DNA of 64,000 bases from an uncultured Chlamydiales bacterium (GCA_963700985.1 OY969554.1:1344001-1408000); one strand, 5' to 3'; counted from the first letter of the stretch, positions 1 through 10,440 are shown. The notes: a model not told the origin generated them from the sequence alone. A program made the numbers and translations.

Positions 1-1049
1 TTAGCGAATGAAAACGCGGTTCCAGTGGCTCCAGCTCTACCAGTTCTACCGATACGGTGCACATAATCTTCCACACTCATCGGCAGATCAAAGTTAAACA
101 CATGGCTAATAGCCGGGACGTCAATTCCCCTTGCTGCCACATCTGTGGCTACCAAGACCCGCACATCATTCTGTCTAAGCTTCATAATCATGCTCGTACG
201 TTGACGTTGGCGCATGCCCCCGTGCAACACACCGACAGCCTCACCGCTTTTCCCTAGCTTCTCTGCTAACTGGTCAGCTTGGTGCTTTGTAGAAGTAAAT
301 ACGATTGCCTGATGGACTGCTGGATCTTCGAGTAGGCTCTCTAAAAGACGGTATTTATGCGATATATCATCCACATTGACCAGAACTTGGTCGATGTTCT
401 CATGTTTCTCTTCTTGACCTGCAACGCTGATTTCAACAGGATTTTTGAGCAGGCGTCTCGAAAGATTCATCACGCTGCCTTTGAGAGTAGCAGAAAACAA
501 GAGCGTTTGGCGTGTTGGAGGAAGTGCAGCTGCAATCAGCTCTACGGGTTCGATGAATCCCATATCGAGCATTCGGTCGGCTTCATCCAAGATAAAGACT
601 TCAACGCGCGAAAAATCAACTCGTTTCTGTTCGAGAAGGTCGATTAAGCGACCTGGTGTCGCAACCAGAATCTCAAAAGGACGAGCGAGCTCTTTGTATT
701 GAGGAGGGTATGGAGTGCCGCCGTAGATACAAACAGTTTTAGCACGTAGAACATATTTGCAAAATTTTCTAGCTTCAGCTGCCACCTGAACGGCAAGCTC
801 ACGAGTAGGAACTAGGATTAATGCACGAGGGCCTCTGCCAGGCAGCGTTGATGGTGTCATAAGGCGCATGAGGACAGGCAGAATAAAAGCCGCTGTCTTT
901 CCTGTACCTGTCTGTGCAGATCCACGGATATCAGAACCCTTCGCTATCTCTGGAATAGCCTGGGCTTGAATAGGTGTAGGCTCTGTGTATCCGAGTTCTT
1001 CAAGTGCTTTGAGAATCTCAGGAAAAGGAATTAGATCTTGAAATGTCAT
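1..1049 (-). CDS. DEAD-box ATP-dependent RNA helicase (RhlE-like), runs off the window start
   Basis: Not in the ORF track. Manual minus-strand translation from ATG at 1049: MTFQDLIPFPEILKALEELGYTEPTPIQAQAIP...GSAQTGTGKT...LILVPTRELA...VATPGRLID...ILDEADRMLDMGF, giving the Q, I, Ia, Ib and DEAD motifs. Confidence 0.93.
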   Translation of the reverse strand, partial: MTFQDLIPFPEILKALEELGYTEPTPIQAQAIPEIAKGSDIRGSAQTGTGKTAAFILPVLMRLMTPSTLPGRGPRALILVPTRELAVQVAAEARKFCKYVLRAKTVCIYGGTPYPPQYKELARPFEILVATPGRLIDLLEQKRVDFSRVEVFILDEADRMLDMGFIEPVELIAAALPPTRQTLLFSATLKGSVMNLSRRLLKNPVEISVAGQEEKHENIDQVLVNVDDISHKYRLLESLLEDPAVHQAIVFTSTKHQADQLAEKLGKSGEAVGVLHGGMRQRQRTSMIMKLRQNDVRVLVATDVAARGIDVPAISHVFNFDLPMSVEDYVHRIGRTGRAGATGTAFSFA

Positions 1050-1181
1050 TTTATCTTCTTTGTGTGTCTTGGTATAATGAACAATTTGCTGAATTTAACA
1101 TATGTGCTCTATTAAAGGCAGCTTTTTTATTAATTTTTTGAGCCCTCTAACAAAATCAATTTATTTTCGTTGGTTCAAATG

Positions 1182-1211
1182 AAAAAAGCGGTGATAAATC
1201 ACCGCTTTTTT
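1182..1211. terminator. Bidirectional-type intrinsic terminator
   Basis: aaaaaagcggtgat-aa-atcaccgctttttt, a perfect hairpin with A/T tracts, just downstream of the minus-strand gene ending at 1242. Confidence 0.8.
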
Positions 1212-1241
1212 AGACTATTAGCTTCTAATAGTAATAAAAGA

Positions 1242-1925
1242 TTATTTAGGAGGGAAAATCACGGATTTACTCTCATCTTGTGCAAGAATAATTTGATAGC
1301 CGTTGGCTAAGATCTTCCAGCCTCGAGCGAGAAGGAAATTAATGACAAACTTGCCTTTTCCTCCGTGAGGCATCCCACAATCATCAATCATCACGATACT
1401 ACTTTTCGTGAGGTGCGGATAAGCATTCATGATCTCTTTTAAATGGTGCTGCTGAGATGGAATTGGATCATTCACATCAAAGTCATAGCTATCCAAATAG
1501 AGAAAGTCGATGGGCTCTTTGAAGTGATGCAAAAACGAGATCGCTTCTTCATTCACCAGACGCACATAGTGTCTGGATTCTCCCAAAGCACTGGCCGCAT
1601 TCGAAAGGGCGGCCATATTTAGATCTACAGAATAAAAGGTTCCACCGTTGTCACGTACGTAATCGCCTGCCAGAATAGTAAAGCCGCCATCTCCTTCAAA
1701 ACCCGAAGCTCCAAAACGGGAAGTGCCCGTCTCAACGATGTTTACTGGGTTTCTTTCTTTCATGAGTTGAAGAGCATAAAGAAGCGTTGCATATCGCTTA
1801 TCATTCTTATCAATTCGTCCTTCGAGATAGTGTTCAACCGGAATACGGCCATCTTGATCAGCAACAGCTTGATTAAAAGTCAGAGAAGACACGAGAACAA
1901 AGAGGGTCAAAAGAAAGCGTTTCAT
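1242..1925 (-). CDS. Class I SAM-dependent methyltransferase-like protein (Methyltransf_24-like) with N-terminal signal peptide
   Basis: IVETGT, YSVD, IDFLYLDSYD and IVMIDD motifs. Likely start MKRFLLTLFVLVSSLTFNQAVA (ATG 1925); the ORF track starts at 1970. Confidence 0.7.
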   Translation of the reverse strand: MKRFLLTLFVLVSSLTFNQAVADQDGRIPVEHYLEGRIDKNDKRYATLLYALQLMKERNPVNIVETGTSRFGASGFEGDGGFTILAGDYVRDNGGTFYSVDLNMAALSNAASALGESRHYVRLVNEEAISFLHHFKEPIDFLYLDSYDFDVNDPIPSQQHHLKEIMNAYPHLTKSSIVMIDDCGMPHGGKGKFVINFLLARGWKILANGYQIILAQDESKSVIFPPK

Positions 1926-2050
1926 AAGGTTCTCCATTTTTGGGAATTGAAATTCTAAGCGATTCTCCAATTTGTGGATAGATCCGTTGACAAATTGTTA
2001 AAGAGATGCAATACGGAAGATAATTCGATAACTCTAACCTGAGATATTAT

Positions 2051-2374
2051 ATGTTGCTTTGGATTCTTTCACGTTTCGCATTGCGAAGACCCAAAAGAAA
2101 AGCTTGGGATCTTTTAACATCTTTCGTCGTTCTATGCGCTTTAGGTGGATTATTTGTCCTCACTGCATGCGGAGACGGCAGATACTACCATGACGGCTAC
2201 TATGATGGTGGTTATTACGATGACGGCTATTATAATCGACGTGGCTATCGCGACGGGCATTACCACAATGGTGGACATAATGGCGGCGGCGAGTGGCAAG
2301 GCGGTCATGGCGGTCACGGTGGCGAAGGTGGAGCTGGCGGTGGTCATAGCGGCGGTGGCGGCGGACATCACTGA
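2051..2374 (+). CDS. Small Gly/Tyr/His-rich probable lipoprotein
   Basis: Hydrophobic segment ending in lipobox-like LTAC, then (D/G)GYY repeats and a GGH-rich tail; followed by a terminator hairpin. Confidence 0.6.
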   Translation: MLLWILSRFALRRPKRKAWDLLTSFVVLCALGGLFVLTACGDGRYYHDGYYDGGYYDDGYYNRRGYRDGHYHNGGHNGGGEWQGGHGGHGGEGGAGGGHSGGGGGHH

Positions 2375-2405
2375 TTAAGACAGCGTTCTTCTTAGTACAG
2401 ACATA

Positions 2406-2440
2406 AGCTGAAGCTCTCTTACGAGGGCTTCAGCTGTTTT
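2406..2440. terminator. Intrinsic terminator between convergent genes
   Basis: agctgaagctctc-ttac-gagggcttcagct followed by gtttt. Confidence 0.7.
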
Positions 2441-2866
2441 CTATAGCTTCTTAGTTAAGAAAAGGACGTTAAAAGGTCCATCGCGCTGATAATCGATTAA
2501 ATCCATCAGGTTCTGTGTAAACAGAATTCCAAGACCACCTTCTTCTCTTTCTTCCAATTCTGCAAGAGGGTCTGTGCGAGGCTTTTGAAGGATCGGATTG
2601 AAGGGTATTCCGCGATCTTTAACGATAAACATGAGTCGATCGCCAGGATAGAGTTCACAGGTTAGATGGACTTCGCCCTTATGCTCGGGATAAGCGTAGC
2701 GCACCACATTCACTAGAACCTCTTCTAAGGCGAGCTCTGCTCTCCTCGTCTCCTTTCCTTCCAGGTACGCTTCTTTGCAACATTGACGAATCCATTCAAA
2801 AACGGCAGGCAGTTTATCAAATTCGGCTAGAAAAGTAATTTCCTGAATTCTTGGTGTAGATGACAT
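2441..2866 (-). CDS. rsbW: Anti-sigma factor / serine kinase RsbW
   Basis: LALEEVLVNVVRYAY, DRGIPFNP and GGLG HATPase motifs; same neighbourhood as chlamydial rsbW. Confidence 0.9.
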   Translation of the reverse strand: MSSTPRIQEITFLAEFDKLPAVFEWIRQCCKEAYLEGKETRRAELALEEVLVNVVRYAYPEHKGEVHLTCELYPGDRLMFIVKDRGIPFNPILQKPRTDPLAELEEREEGGLGILFTQNLMDLIDYQRDGPFNVLFLTKKL

Positions 2867-3477
2867 TAGAGACTCATTTTTAAGCCTTCGACGATTTTCT
2901 GGGATAGATGGCGATAAAGAGGTGTTGAAGAATCATCTTGAGCCCCTTCGATGGAGTCTAGCTGGCCAAGAGAAAGAGCGATGGTGCGCTGAGGAGGACG
3001 TCCATCTTCAAAAAAAAGCAGGTCGCGAACGGAATAGGGATCGATGTAATCGTATTCGGTGTGCGCAACCACTTTGGTTGGCTCGAGCAGAATTGTATCA
3101 GTGCGGCTGTCGATCAAGGAGATCTCCACAATCAGCTCACGGCGATTTTCTATGCCTACTAGCCTGTGCCTTCGCTTGCCTTCTTTTCCATGCCGATCAT
3201 AACGATAGCCTATGCGATCTACGTTATCGGATACGATCACCGCATTCAAAAGTAGTTCGCCCCCACTTTTCACACATTCAAAACTCCCAGATGCGGAGAG
3301 TTGATGAAGAAGCTCACTTGTGAGCTTACCTTCTGCATCGCCCTTCACATATGGAACAGTGATGGTGTGTACAGTAGACGCTACTTCTTCTGCTTCATAA
3401 CGATATCCGCAAGCAGAAAGAAGGAGCAACACCCAAAGAAAATAGGTCTTTTTGATCATTTTACTCTGAAACAACAA
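2866..3477 (-). CDS. lptE: LptE-like lipoprotein
   Basis: Lipobox LSAC-GY and 'TITVPYV'; lies between the BamD-like gene and rsbW as in Chlamydia. The start may be the Met at 3459. Confidence 0.7.
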   Translation of the reverse strand: MLFQSKMIKKTYFLWVLLLLSACGYRYEAEEVASTVHTITVPYVKGDAEGKLTSELLHQLSASGSFECVKSGGELLLNAVIVSDNVDRIGYRYDRHGKEGKRRHRLVGIENRRELIVEISLIDSRTDTILLEPTKVVAHTEYDYIDPYSVRDLLFFEDGRPPQRTIALSLGQLDSIEGAQDDSSTPLYRHLSQKIVEGLKMSL

Positions 3478-4453
3478 CCGGAGCAGACTCGACTGGCTCT
3501 TCAGCTGTTTTTGGCTGTATCTTATCTAAGCGTCTTTGAGAAAGGGCCGCACATTTGGTATTGGGATAGTTGGTAACAACTTTTGTGTAGTAGATGATCG
3601 ATGCATGAGGTTTTTTTGTACGCTCAAAAAACTGCGCGGTTTCATATAAATTAGTGGCGTAGATCTCTTGCATTTGCATATGCATAGCTTCGGCTTGCTG
3701 CACCTGTTCATCTTGTGGGAAATCTAGCTTGAATTTACGTAGATTAATCTCTGCTAGATCTAAGAAATCAGGGTCGGGATACTGATTTTGGCACTGGCTT
3801 AAATAGACTTCACCAATTCCGAGATAACTCTGTGCAGAGAGCGCATTTTTCGGAAAACGGCGGATAAGCATCTGATAGGTTTCTATGCAGGTCTTATAAT
3901 CTTCATCTTTTAAAAGAAGGCGCGCTTTACCATATAGCGCCTTTGCGCCGAGTTCATGGTGTGGCAAGGCAGTGATTACTTCATCGTAGATACCTAGAGC
4001 CTCTTCGCGAGCAGGAGCCCATTTAGGCATGCTCTTCCAACCCATGAGATGTCTTCTAGCACCTTTCTGAAACATTTCAGCGATAGAAAACTTATACTGA
4101 ATCGCTTCTTCAAAGTGTTTAGGCGTCGTCTGTTTTTTCAAATAAATTGTAAACTGCTCGTTGGCTAAATCAAATTCTTTTTGGTTAAAATACCCAACAC
4201 CAAGGTAGAAAAGAGCTTCTTGAGCGAACGGGGTATCGGGAAAGCTTTTTGTAACGATGATTGCTTGTTGGACTAGGGTATCCCACTTTTTCTTCTGAAA
4301 GGCCTCCATAGCCGCGCTATAATGCTCTTGGACAGACTTAGTCGCCACTTCCTCTTGGGGAACGAGCCGTCCATCTTTTAGAAGGTAGGCAGCATGCGCA
4401 ACAAAAGGTGAAAGTACTAACGAAGAAAGAACTAAACTAAACAGTGTTTTCAT
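3461..4453 (-). CDS. bamD: Outer-membrane assembly factor BamD/ComL-like TPR protein
   Basis: Signal peptide, TPR-like repeats (FPDTPFAQEALFYLG, FPKNALSAQSYL) and C-terminal YYTKVVTNYPNT. Confidence 0.75.
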   Translation of the reverse strand: MKTLFSLVLSSLVLSPFVAHAAYLLKDGRLVPQEEVATKSVQEHYSAAMEAFQKKKWDTLVQQAIIVTKSFPDTPFAQEALFYLGVGYFNQKEFDLANEQFTIYLKKQTTPKHFEEAIQYKFSIAEMFQKGARRHLMGWKSMPKWAPAREEALGIYDEVITALPHHELGAKALYGKARLLLKDEDYKTCIETYQMLIRRFPKNALSAQSYLGIGEVYLSQCQNQYPDPDFLDLAEINLRKFKLDFPQDEQVQQAEAMHMQMQEIYATNLYETAQFFERTKKPHASIIYYTKVVTNYPNTKCAALSQRRLDKIQPKTAEEPVESAPVVVSE

Positions 4454-4474
4454 AATATAATGAAATTAATCTCT

Positions 4475-7400
4475 CTATGAAAAGATGTCAACAACAGATG
4501 AAATGCGTTTTAGCTCAGCTTCAAGCTTAGTGCTGTGCTCTATCCCCCAAGAACTATCGATCTCAATGTTGCCTAAGATGCCGTCCTGATTGAAAAATTC
4601 TAATTTAACTGCAGTAGATCCAGAATGTGAGCGGAAAATTTTTTTCAGCTCTAGAACATGACTCAGGCGGACGATTTCTGCATCGAGACGTAGGCGTAAC
4701 ATTTTTGGGGCCTCTTTTTTGGGGGCCGCGGGGGCCTTTTCTTGCATCCGCTGGCGAGATTCTGCCATTTTAACATGAATTTTTGCTTTATCATAAGCCG
4801 TATCGCACTCACGGATCATTTCATCACTGGCTTGCGTAAGATCACCCAGCCATTTACACTGCAAGCGGATCGTCTCTTCATCTTCACGATCTACGACCAA
4901 AACAGCGTAGAGCAACTGATTTTCAACCAGCAGATGCTGCTTCTCTTCGTAGAGATCTGACCAGATCGGCAATTCAAAACGCTCTATGCCATCACTGATG
5001 GTTAGAATTGCAAATTTCCGTTGATTTTTCTGTCCAATCTTCACATTGATAATTTCGATGATAAAAGCAGAGCGCACCACGGCGCCTTTATCCAATGTGG
5101 AAAAATGATTTAGCGGCACACAAGATAGCCGCTGCATGATTGTACGGTACTCATCCATCGGGTGACCAGTAAGGTAGAAGCCTAAAAGCTCTTTTTCGCG
5201 CTTTAAGATCTTCTGTTTATCTTCTTTCTCTTCGATTTCAGGAGGCAGATCGCTCGGCTTTTCTTCGACCAAAGAGAAAAGACTGAGTACGCCGCGCTCG
5301 GCTTCTTTTTGATCGCGCGATGAGGTTGCAAAAAGAGGATCGACGCTGACAAGAAGCGCCTGTCGCGACCATCCAGTAAAGTCGAAGCAACCCGCCTCGA
5401 TTAGATGCTCGGCAGCTTTTTTTCCAACTTTTTTCGTATCGGTGCGCTTTAAAAAATCAGCAAGGGATTTGAACCAACCACCGCGTTTGCGCTCCTCGAT
5501 GATCGCTTCAACTACGCCTTCGCCAATGCCTTTAATCGCTGTAATTGCAAAGCGGATGCCCTGTTCAGTTGAAACAAATTCCTTACCCGACTCGTTGACG
5601 TCAGGCGGAAGGATCGCAAGGTTCATGGCTCGACACTCGCCAATCACCTTAGCTACTTTGGAAAGGTCATCGCGATCAGAGGTCATGAGGGCTGCCATCC
5701 ACTCACCTGGATAATTCGCCTTTAAATAGCTAGTGACATAGGTCAAATATCCATAAGCTGCAGCATGTGACTTATTGAATCCATATGACGCAAACTTCTC
5801 TACTTTATCAAAGATGCGCATGGAAGTCTGTTCGTCGATGCCATTTTTAAGTGCACCCATGCGGAACTTCTGCCGCTGACCCATCATCTCTTCTCGATCC
5901 TTTTTACCCATCGCACGTCTTAAGACGTCGCCTTCTCCTAAGGTATAGCCTCCGAGATGGCTGGCGATTTGCATTACCTGCTCTTGATAGACCATAATTC
6001 CATAGGTCTCTGACAAGATATCTTTCATGAGCGGATGGTCGATCTCGAGCTCTTCTTTACCGTGCTTACGTTGGATGAAGGAGGGAATCATCTCCATGGG
6101 GCCAGGTCGATAGAGCGCGCCTACCGCGATAATCTCTTCAAAACAGTCGATATGCAGCTGCTTAGCAAGTTCTTGCATTCCAGCAGACTCTACTTGGAAA
6201 ATCCCTAGAGTTTTAGCTTGATTAAGCAGCGAGAAGGTCTTTTTATCTTCAAGAGGCAGGTTCACCCAATCGAGTGCAACGCCATGGTTAGCCTTCACGG
6301 CATCGACGGCTAGCTGAATTGATGTGAGTGTTTTCAAACCCAAGAAGTCGATCTTCAACATCCCCACGGTTTCAACGGGCTTCATGGAAAACTGGGTGAC
6401 TACTATGTCTGTATCTTTGGCTACGCAAACAGGAATGCGATCCATGATCGGATCGGCAGAAATAATTAACCCGGCGGCATGAATGCCTGTATTACGTACG
6501 GATCCTTCTAAAATTCTAGCTAGATCGATACAGCGATGCACCTCATCATCCGTCTCATATTGCTGTCGCAGCATGGGATCGAGCTCAAATGCTTTATCGA
6601 GCGTCATGTTAGGATCTTCGGGCACAAGCTTAGCAATCGCGTTGACCTTGGCTAATGGAATGCTGAGTACTCGACCGACGTCTTTGATCGCCATCTTGGC
6701 TTTCATCGTGCCAAAAGTGATAATCTGAGCGACTTTATCTTTGCCATATTTGCGAATCGTATAATCGATCACCTCACCACGTCGATCCATGCAGATATCG
6801 ACGTCGATATCGGGATAGGATAAGCGTTCAGGGTTGATAAAGCGCTCGAAAAAGAGGCTAAATCTAAGCGGTTCAATATCGGTGATCTGAATGAGATAAA
6901 GGACGATCGATCCGGCTCCAGAACCTCGCCCTGGGCCCATCGGAATGCCACTGCTTTTAGCCCAAGCGATAAAATCCCACACGATCAGCAGATAATCACC
7001 CATCCCTTTAGAAATGATGATTTCCAACTCATAGCTGAGTCGATCGCGCACAACTTGCAGAGGGTCTTTTCCGGGATATTTTTCTTGGACTTTAAGCAGT
7101 CTCTCAGGGGTATAGCGCTTTGCAATTCCCTCTTCACAAAGCTTTCTTAAAAAGGCTTCGGCGGCTTTTTCGCGTTCTTCCTTTGTAAAACTCTTTCCTT
7201 CTAAATGCGGCGGCACGAATACAGGATAATACTTTGTCTTAAAATCCATCTCGAACTGGCAGCGACTTACAATTGTCTGCGTTGCGGCAATAGCTTCTGG
7301 AAAGTCAGCAAAAAGCGTGCACATCTCATCTGGAGATTTAAAATTGTGCGCATGAGAAGCAATCGTCTGGCGCTTAGGATTTAGAATGCGATTTTTAGGA

Positions 7401-8188
7401 TTTCCTTGCGAATCTCTCTCCCAGATTTCACACGGCTCGCCCGATTGGATATTCATCATGACTTCGTGCGCTTTCCAGTCGGCCCGTTCAAGATAATGGG
7501 TTTCACCTGTTGCAACGCAAGGAATTCCATACTCTTTAGAAAGCTCACGGAAGCGACTGATTACTAGCTCTTCTTGAGCCACCCAATCTTGATAATTTTG
7601 ATAAGCCCAACCCTCATCGCGCATGCCATCCGCATTAATCTCTTCTTCGCTCATCGGATGGCGCTGGACTTCGAGAAAATAGTCTTCTCCAAAAAGCTCT
7701 TTGTACCACTTTAATTCAGCCGCCAGTTCTTCCTCATTTTTCTGAAGAACAAGTTGAGAGATATGGCTTTGTAATGGCCCAGAAAGGCAGATCAACCCTT
7801 CGTGATGTTTGCTGAGCAGCTCTTTATCGATGCGTGGAACGTAATAAAAGCCTTCAAGATGTGCCAGCGAAGAGAGCTTGCATAGGTTTTCATAACCCTG
7901 CTTGTTCTTTGCCAGTAGCACAATTGGAAAACCAACAGGCTGTTTTCCCTGACGTTTTTTCTCATGGCGCGAACCTGGTGCGACTGCAAGCTCACAGCCT
8001 AAAATAGATTTGACTCCCGCCTCTTTACATGCTTTGAAAAATTCAACCGCGCCGTAAAGATTGCCAGAATCCGTAAGTGCAACGGCAGACATGCCAGAAG
8101 CTTTGGCTTTAGCCGCAAGCTTCTGGATAGAAATTGTCGAATCTAAAATTGAATATTGAGAGTGAACATGCAGAGCCGTCCAGGACAT
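4475..8188 (-). CDS. dnaE: DNA polymerase III alpha subunit
   Basis: PHP domain HVHSQYSILD, GRGSGAGS, PDIDVD, FNKSHAAAY. Confidence 0.99.
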   Translation of the reverse strand: MSWTALHVHSQYSILDSTISIQKLAAKAKASGMSAVALTDSGNLYGAVEFFKACKEAGVKSILGCELAVAPGSRHEKKRQGKQPVGFPIVLLAKNKQGYENLCKLSSLAHLEGFYYVPRIDKELLSKHHEGLICLSGPLQSHISQLVLQKNEEELAAELKWYKELFGEDYFLEVQRHPMSEEEINADGMRDEGWAYQNYQDWVAQEELVISRFRELSKEYGIPCVATGETHYLERADWKAHEVMMNIQSGEPCEIWERDSQGNPKNRILNPKRQTIASHAHNFKSPDEMCTLFADFPEAIAATQTIVSRCQFEMDFKTKYYPVFVPPHLEGKSFTKEEREKAAEAFLRKLCEEGIAKRYTPERLLKVQEKYPGKDPLQVVRDRLSYELEIIISKGMGDYLLIVWDFIAWAKSSGIPMGPGRGSGAGSIVLYLIQITDIEPLRFSLFFERFINPERLSYPDIDVDICMDRRGEVIDYTIRKYGKDKVAQIITFGTMKAKMAIKDVGRVLSIPLAKVNAIAKLVPEDPNMTLDKAFELDPMLRQQYETDDEVHRCIDLARILEGSVRNTGIHAAGLIISADPIMDRIPVCVAKDTDIVVTQFSMKPVETVGMLKIDFLGLKTLTSIQLAVDAVKANHGVALDWVNLPLEDKKTFSLLNQAKTLGIFQVESAGMQELAKQLHIDCFEEIIAVGALYRPGPMEMIPSFIQRKHGKEELEIDHPLMKDILSETYGIMVYQEQVMQIASHLGGYTLGEGDVLRRAMGKKDREEMMGQRQKFRMGALKNGIDEQTSMRIFDKVEKFASYGFNKSHAAAYGYLTYVTSYLKANYPGEWMAALMTSDRDDLSKVAKVIGECRAMNLAILPPDVNESGKEFVSTEQGIRFAITAIKGIGEGVVEAIIEERKRGGWFKSLADFLKRTDTKKVGKKAAEHLIEAGCFDFTGWSRQALLVSVDPLFATSSRDQKEAERGVLSLFSLVEEKPSDLPPEIEEKEDKQKILKREKELLGFYLTGHPMDEYRTIMQRLSCVPLNHFSTLDKGAVVRSAFIIEIINVKIGQKNQRKFAILTISDGIERFELPIWSDLYEEKQHLLVENQLLYAVLVVDREDEETIRLQCKWLGDLTQASDEMIRECDTAYDKAKIHVKMAESRQRMQEKAPAAPKKEAPKMLRLRLDAEIVRLSHVLELKKIFRSHSGSTAVKLEFFNQDGILGNIEIDSSWGIEHSTKLEAELKRISSVVDIFS

Positions 8189-8197
8189 GGTGTGTGA

Positions 8198-9589
8198 TTA
8201 ACCCTCTTCAGGAGGTGCATTTTCGATAGCAGATGGTGTCTTCTTATTTTTATCATCTGTATCCGCCAGAAAACGCGGATTGCTCTTAACAGCCCACATG
8301 GGAAGCAAGAGCGCCACAGAGATAGCGCCACAAACAGCTAAGCAGGCAAAAAACCCAAACCAGCCGAACTCTTGTGTCATTTTTCCTAAAGGATAGCCTG
8401 CGGTAGCTGCACCCAGGTAGGCGATCCATCCCACAAATCCTGTGGCTGAACCCGCAGCTTTTTTATGCGAAAGTTCGGCAGCTGCCATTCCAATGAGCAT
8501 CTGCGGCCCAAAGATTAAAAAGCCGATTACGAACATGATGGCAAAATCTAAAAGAGGCACGCCAGGAGGCGAAAGCCAGAGAGCGCCCACTGCGAAGATC
8601 ACCGCAAAGCTAAAGAGCACGTTAATCGGTCCACGCCTTCCTTTAAAAATGCGATCGGAGGCAAGGCCGGCAACTAAACTACCAAAGACCCCACCGATTT
8701 CAAACCAGAACACGCAAGCTCCAGCTGTGAGAAGAGAATAACCCTTGGTTTCAACCAGATAGAGCACGCTCCAATCGTTAATTCCAGTGCGGATAATGTA
8801 GACGAAGAAGTAGGAGATGGCCAGAAGCCAGATGTATTTATTCGTTAGAACATATTTGAAGAGGATCTCCTTCATGGGGAGTTCCTTTTCCTGTTCATGT
8901 TTAGCTGTGGGATAGTCGTCTCTAAATTTTTCAATTGGGGGCAGGCCAAGCGATTGAGGAGTGTCGCGCAAGCGGTTAATGACAAACAATCCTACACCGA
9001 TACAGAGCACACCAGGAATATACATGGCATAGCGCCAACCCCAATATTCTGCGCAAAATGCGGCCAAGAGTGGAATGAGCGCTCCACCTACGCTATGAGA
9101 AGAGTTCCAGAATCCCCACCAGGTTCCACGCTCTTTTTGTGAATACCAGTGAGTAAGAAGACGCGCACAAGGCGGCCAACCCCATCCTTGAAACCAGCCA
9201 TTTAGGCCCCAGAAAATCGCAAAAAAGACGAGCGAAGAGGTGAACCCAAAAAGAATATTGAGAACACCCGTTAGAATTAGACCCGCTGCCATGAAGTAGC
9301 GAGGATTAGATCTATCGGCCAAAATGCCACTTAGAAACTTACTCATTCCGTAAGTGATTGAGAGAATACTGCCTAGAATTCCAAGATCGGACTTATCAAA
9401 GCCCAGATCCTGAATAAGCGCAGGCATCGCAAACGTAAAGCTTTTGCGCGAGAAGTAGTAGAAAATGTAGCCGATATACATCCCTGAAAAGATGCGCAGC
9501 CGCCAATACTTATACTTTTTTTTAACAACTTCCGGATCAGCGATCTCTTCTTTATAGGGCGCGGGCTTAAACAGATCTAAGATGCTCAC
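8198..9589 (-). CDS. uhpC: MFS hexose-phosphate transporter (UhpC/GlpT family)
   Basis: YWRLRIF...YYFSRK, WFQGWGWPPC, ERGTWWGFWNSSH, GFLIFGPQMLIG. Likely GTG start at 9589 after aaagga; the ORF track starts at 9622. Confidence 0.93.
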   Translation of the reverse strand: MSILDLFKPAPYKEEIADPEVVKKKYKYWRLRIFSGMYIGYIFYYFSRKSFTFAMPALIQDLGFDKSDLGILGSILSITYGMSKFLSGILADRSNPRYFMAAGLILTGVLNILFGFTSSLVFFAIFWGLNGWFQGWGWPPCARLLTHWYSQKERGTWWGFWNSSHSVGGALIPLLAAFCAEYWGWRYAMYIPGVLCIGVGLFVINRLRDTPQSLGLPPIEKFRDDYPTAKHEQEKELPMKEILFKYVLTNKYIWLLAISYFFVYIIRTGINDWSVLYLVETKGYSLLTAGACVFWFEIGGVFGSLVAGLASDRIFKGRRGPINVLFSFAVIFAVGALWLSPPGVPLLDFAIMFVIGFLIFGPQMLIGMAAAELSHKKAAGSATGFVGWIAYLGAATAGYPLGKMTQEFGWFGFFACLAVCGAISVALLLPMWAVKSNPRFLADTDDKNKKTPSAIENAPPEEG

Positions 9590-9795
9590 GCAAGCCGTCC
9601 TTTGTATATTTTGTGCCGACACCCATTATGCAAAATTTGGGCCATTTCAAAAAGAGAAGAAAATTAAAAAGATTTATACCAGATGTCAATCATTTTTTAT
9701 TTTTACCATAGCCTCTTGCAATTGAAGACAATAGCGTAACGATGTTATGTCTTGTCACATATGCATATAAAAAAATTTAATGCGAGCGTTGCCTG

Positions 9796-10440
9796 ATGAG
9801 CTATGATAAACGCGTGGAAAGATTTGAGAATGACAAGAGCAAAGAGTGGTCCCTTCCACCCGTTCAACGCATTGAGCGAGATAAAAAATCAGAAAAAGAT
9901 CTCCCTCCAGGCGAGAAAAAAGAACGCGCAGATCAAGCACTGCTCTTTGCGGCGCTGGCAGTTTACGCCAAAAAATTTTTAAACCTGTTCTCCTCGAAGG
10001 AAAATCTGCAGGCAGCTTTGGTGGATCGAAAACAGATTCTAGAAGATTTACGCAGCTTTAAAAAGCTACTTGAACAGCTGATCCGCGAAGACTTAAGTCG
10101 GGTGTCTCTTTTCACGCGCCAGTTTTCGGACCTCTGGTATCGGCTTATTGAAGATCTAAAAAGAATTGAGGAATATGAAAAAGGCAAGCCCGTGCTTGGA
10201 TCTGAACTCAAACGAATGCTCGAAACAGTCGGCAACTTTCCGCCAGCTTCCGATCATCCTTTGGGCTATTATCTGACAAAACACGTAGGAGAAGAGTGGC
10301 TACCCTTTCCTTTTATGGATATTCTTTCACTTCTTCATAAAGAACATATACAGAATCAAAAACGCAGCGTACTTAGTGCTTGGCTTGCACTTATTCAAAA
10401 TGTCCAGACCGCAATCGAGAATAATCCCAATCAACTTTAG
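9796..10440 (+). CDS. Hypothetical protein
   Basis: 214-aa ORF filling the gap, helical and charged; no motif recognised. Confidence 0.75.
   Translation: MSYDKRVERFENDKSKEWSLPPVQRIERDKKSEKDLPPGEKKERADQALLFAALAVYAKKFLNLFSSKENLQAALVDRKQILEDLRSFKKLLEQLIREDLSRVSLFTRQFSDLWYRLIEDLKRIEEYEKGKPVLGSELKRMLETVGNFPPASDHPLGYYLTKHVGEEWLPFPFMDILSLLHKEHIQNQKRSVLSAWLALIQNVQTAIENNPNQL

Noticed and set aside
57-702. Three plus-strand ORFs in the track
   Set aside because: Antisense shadows of the minus-strand DEAD-box helicase, which has all canonical motifs.
1987-2015. TTGACA as a sigma66 -35 box for the 2051 gene
   Set aside because: No convincing -10 hexamer at 16-18 bp spacing, so it cannot be supported.
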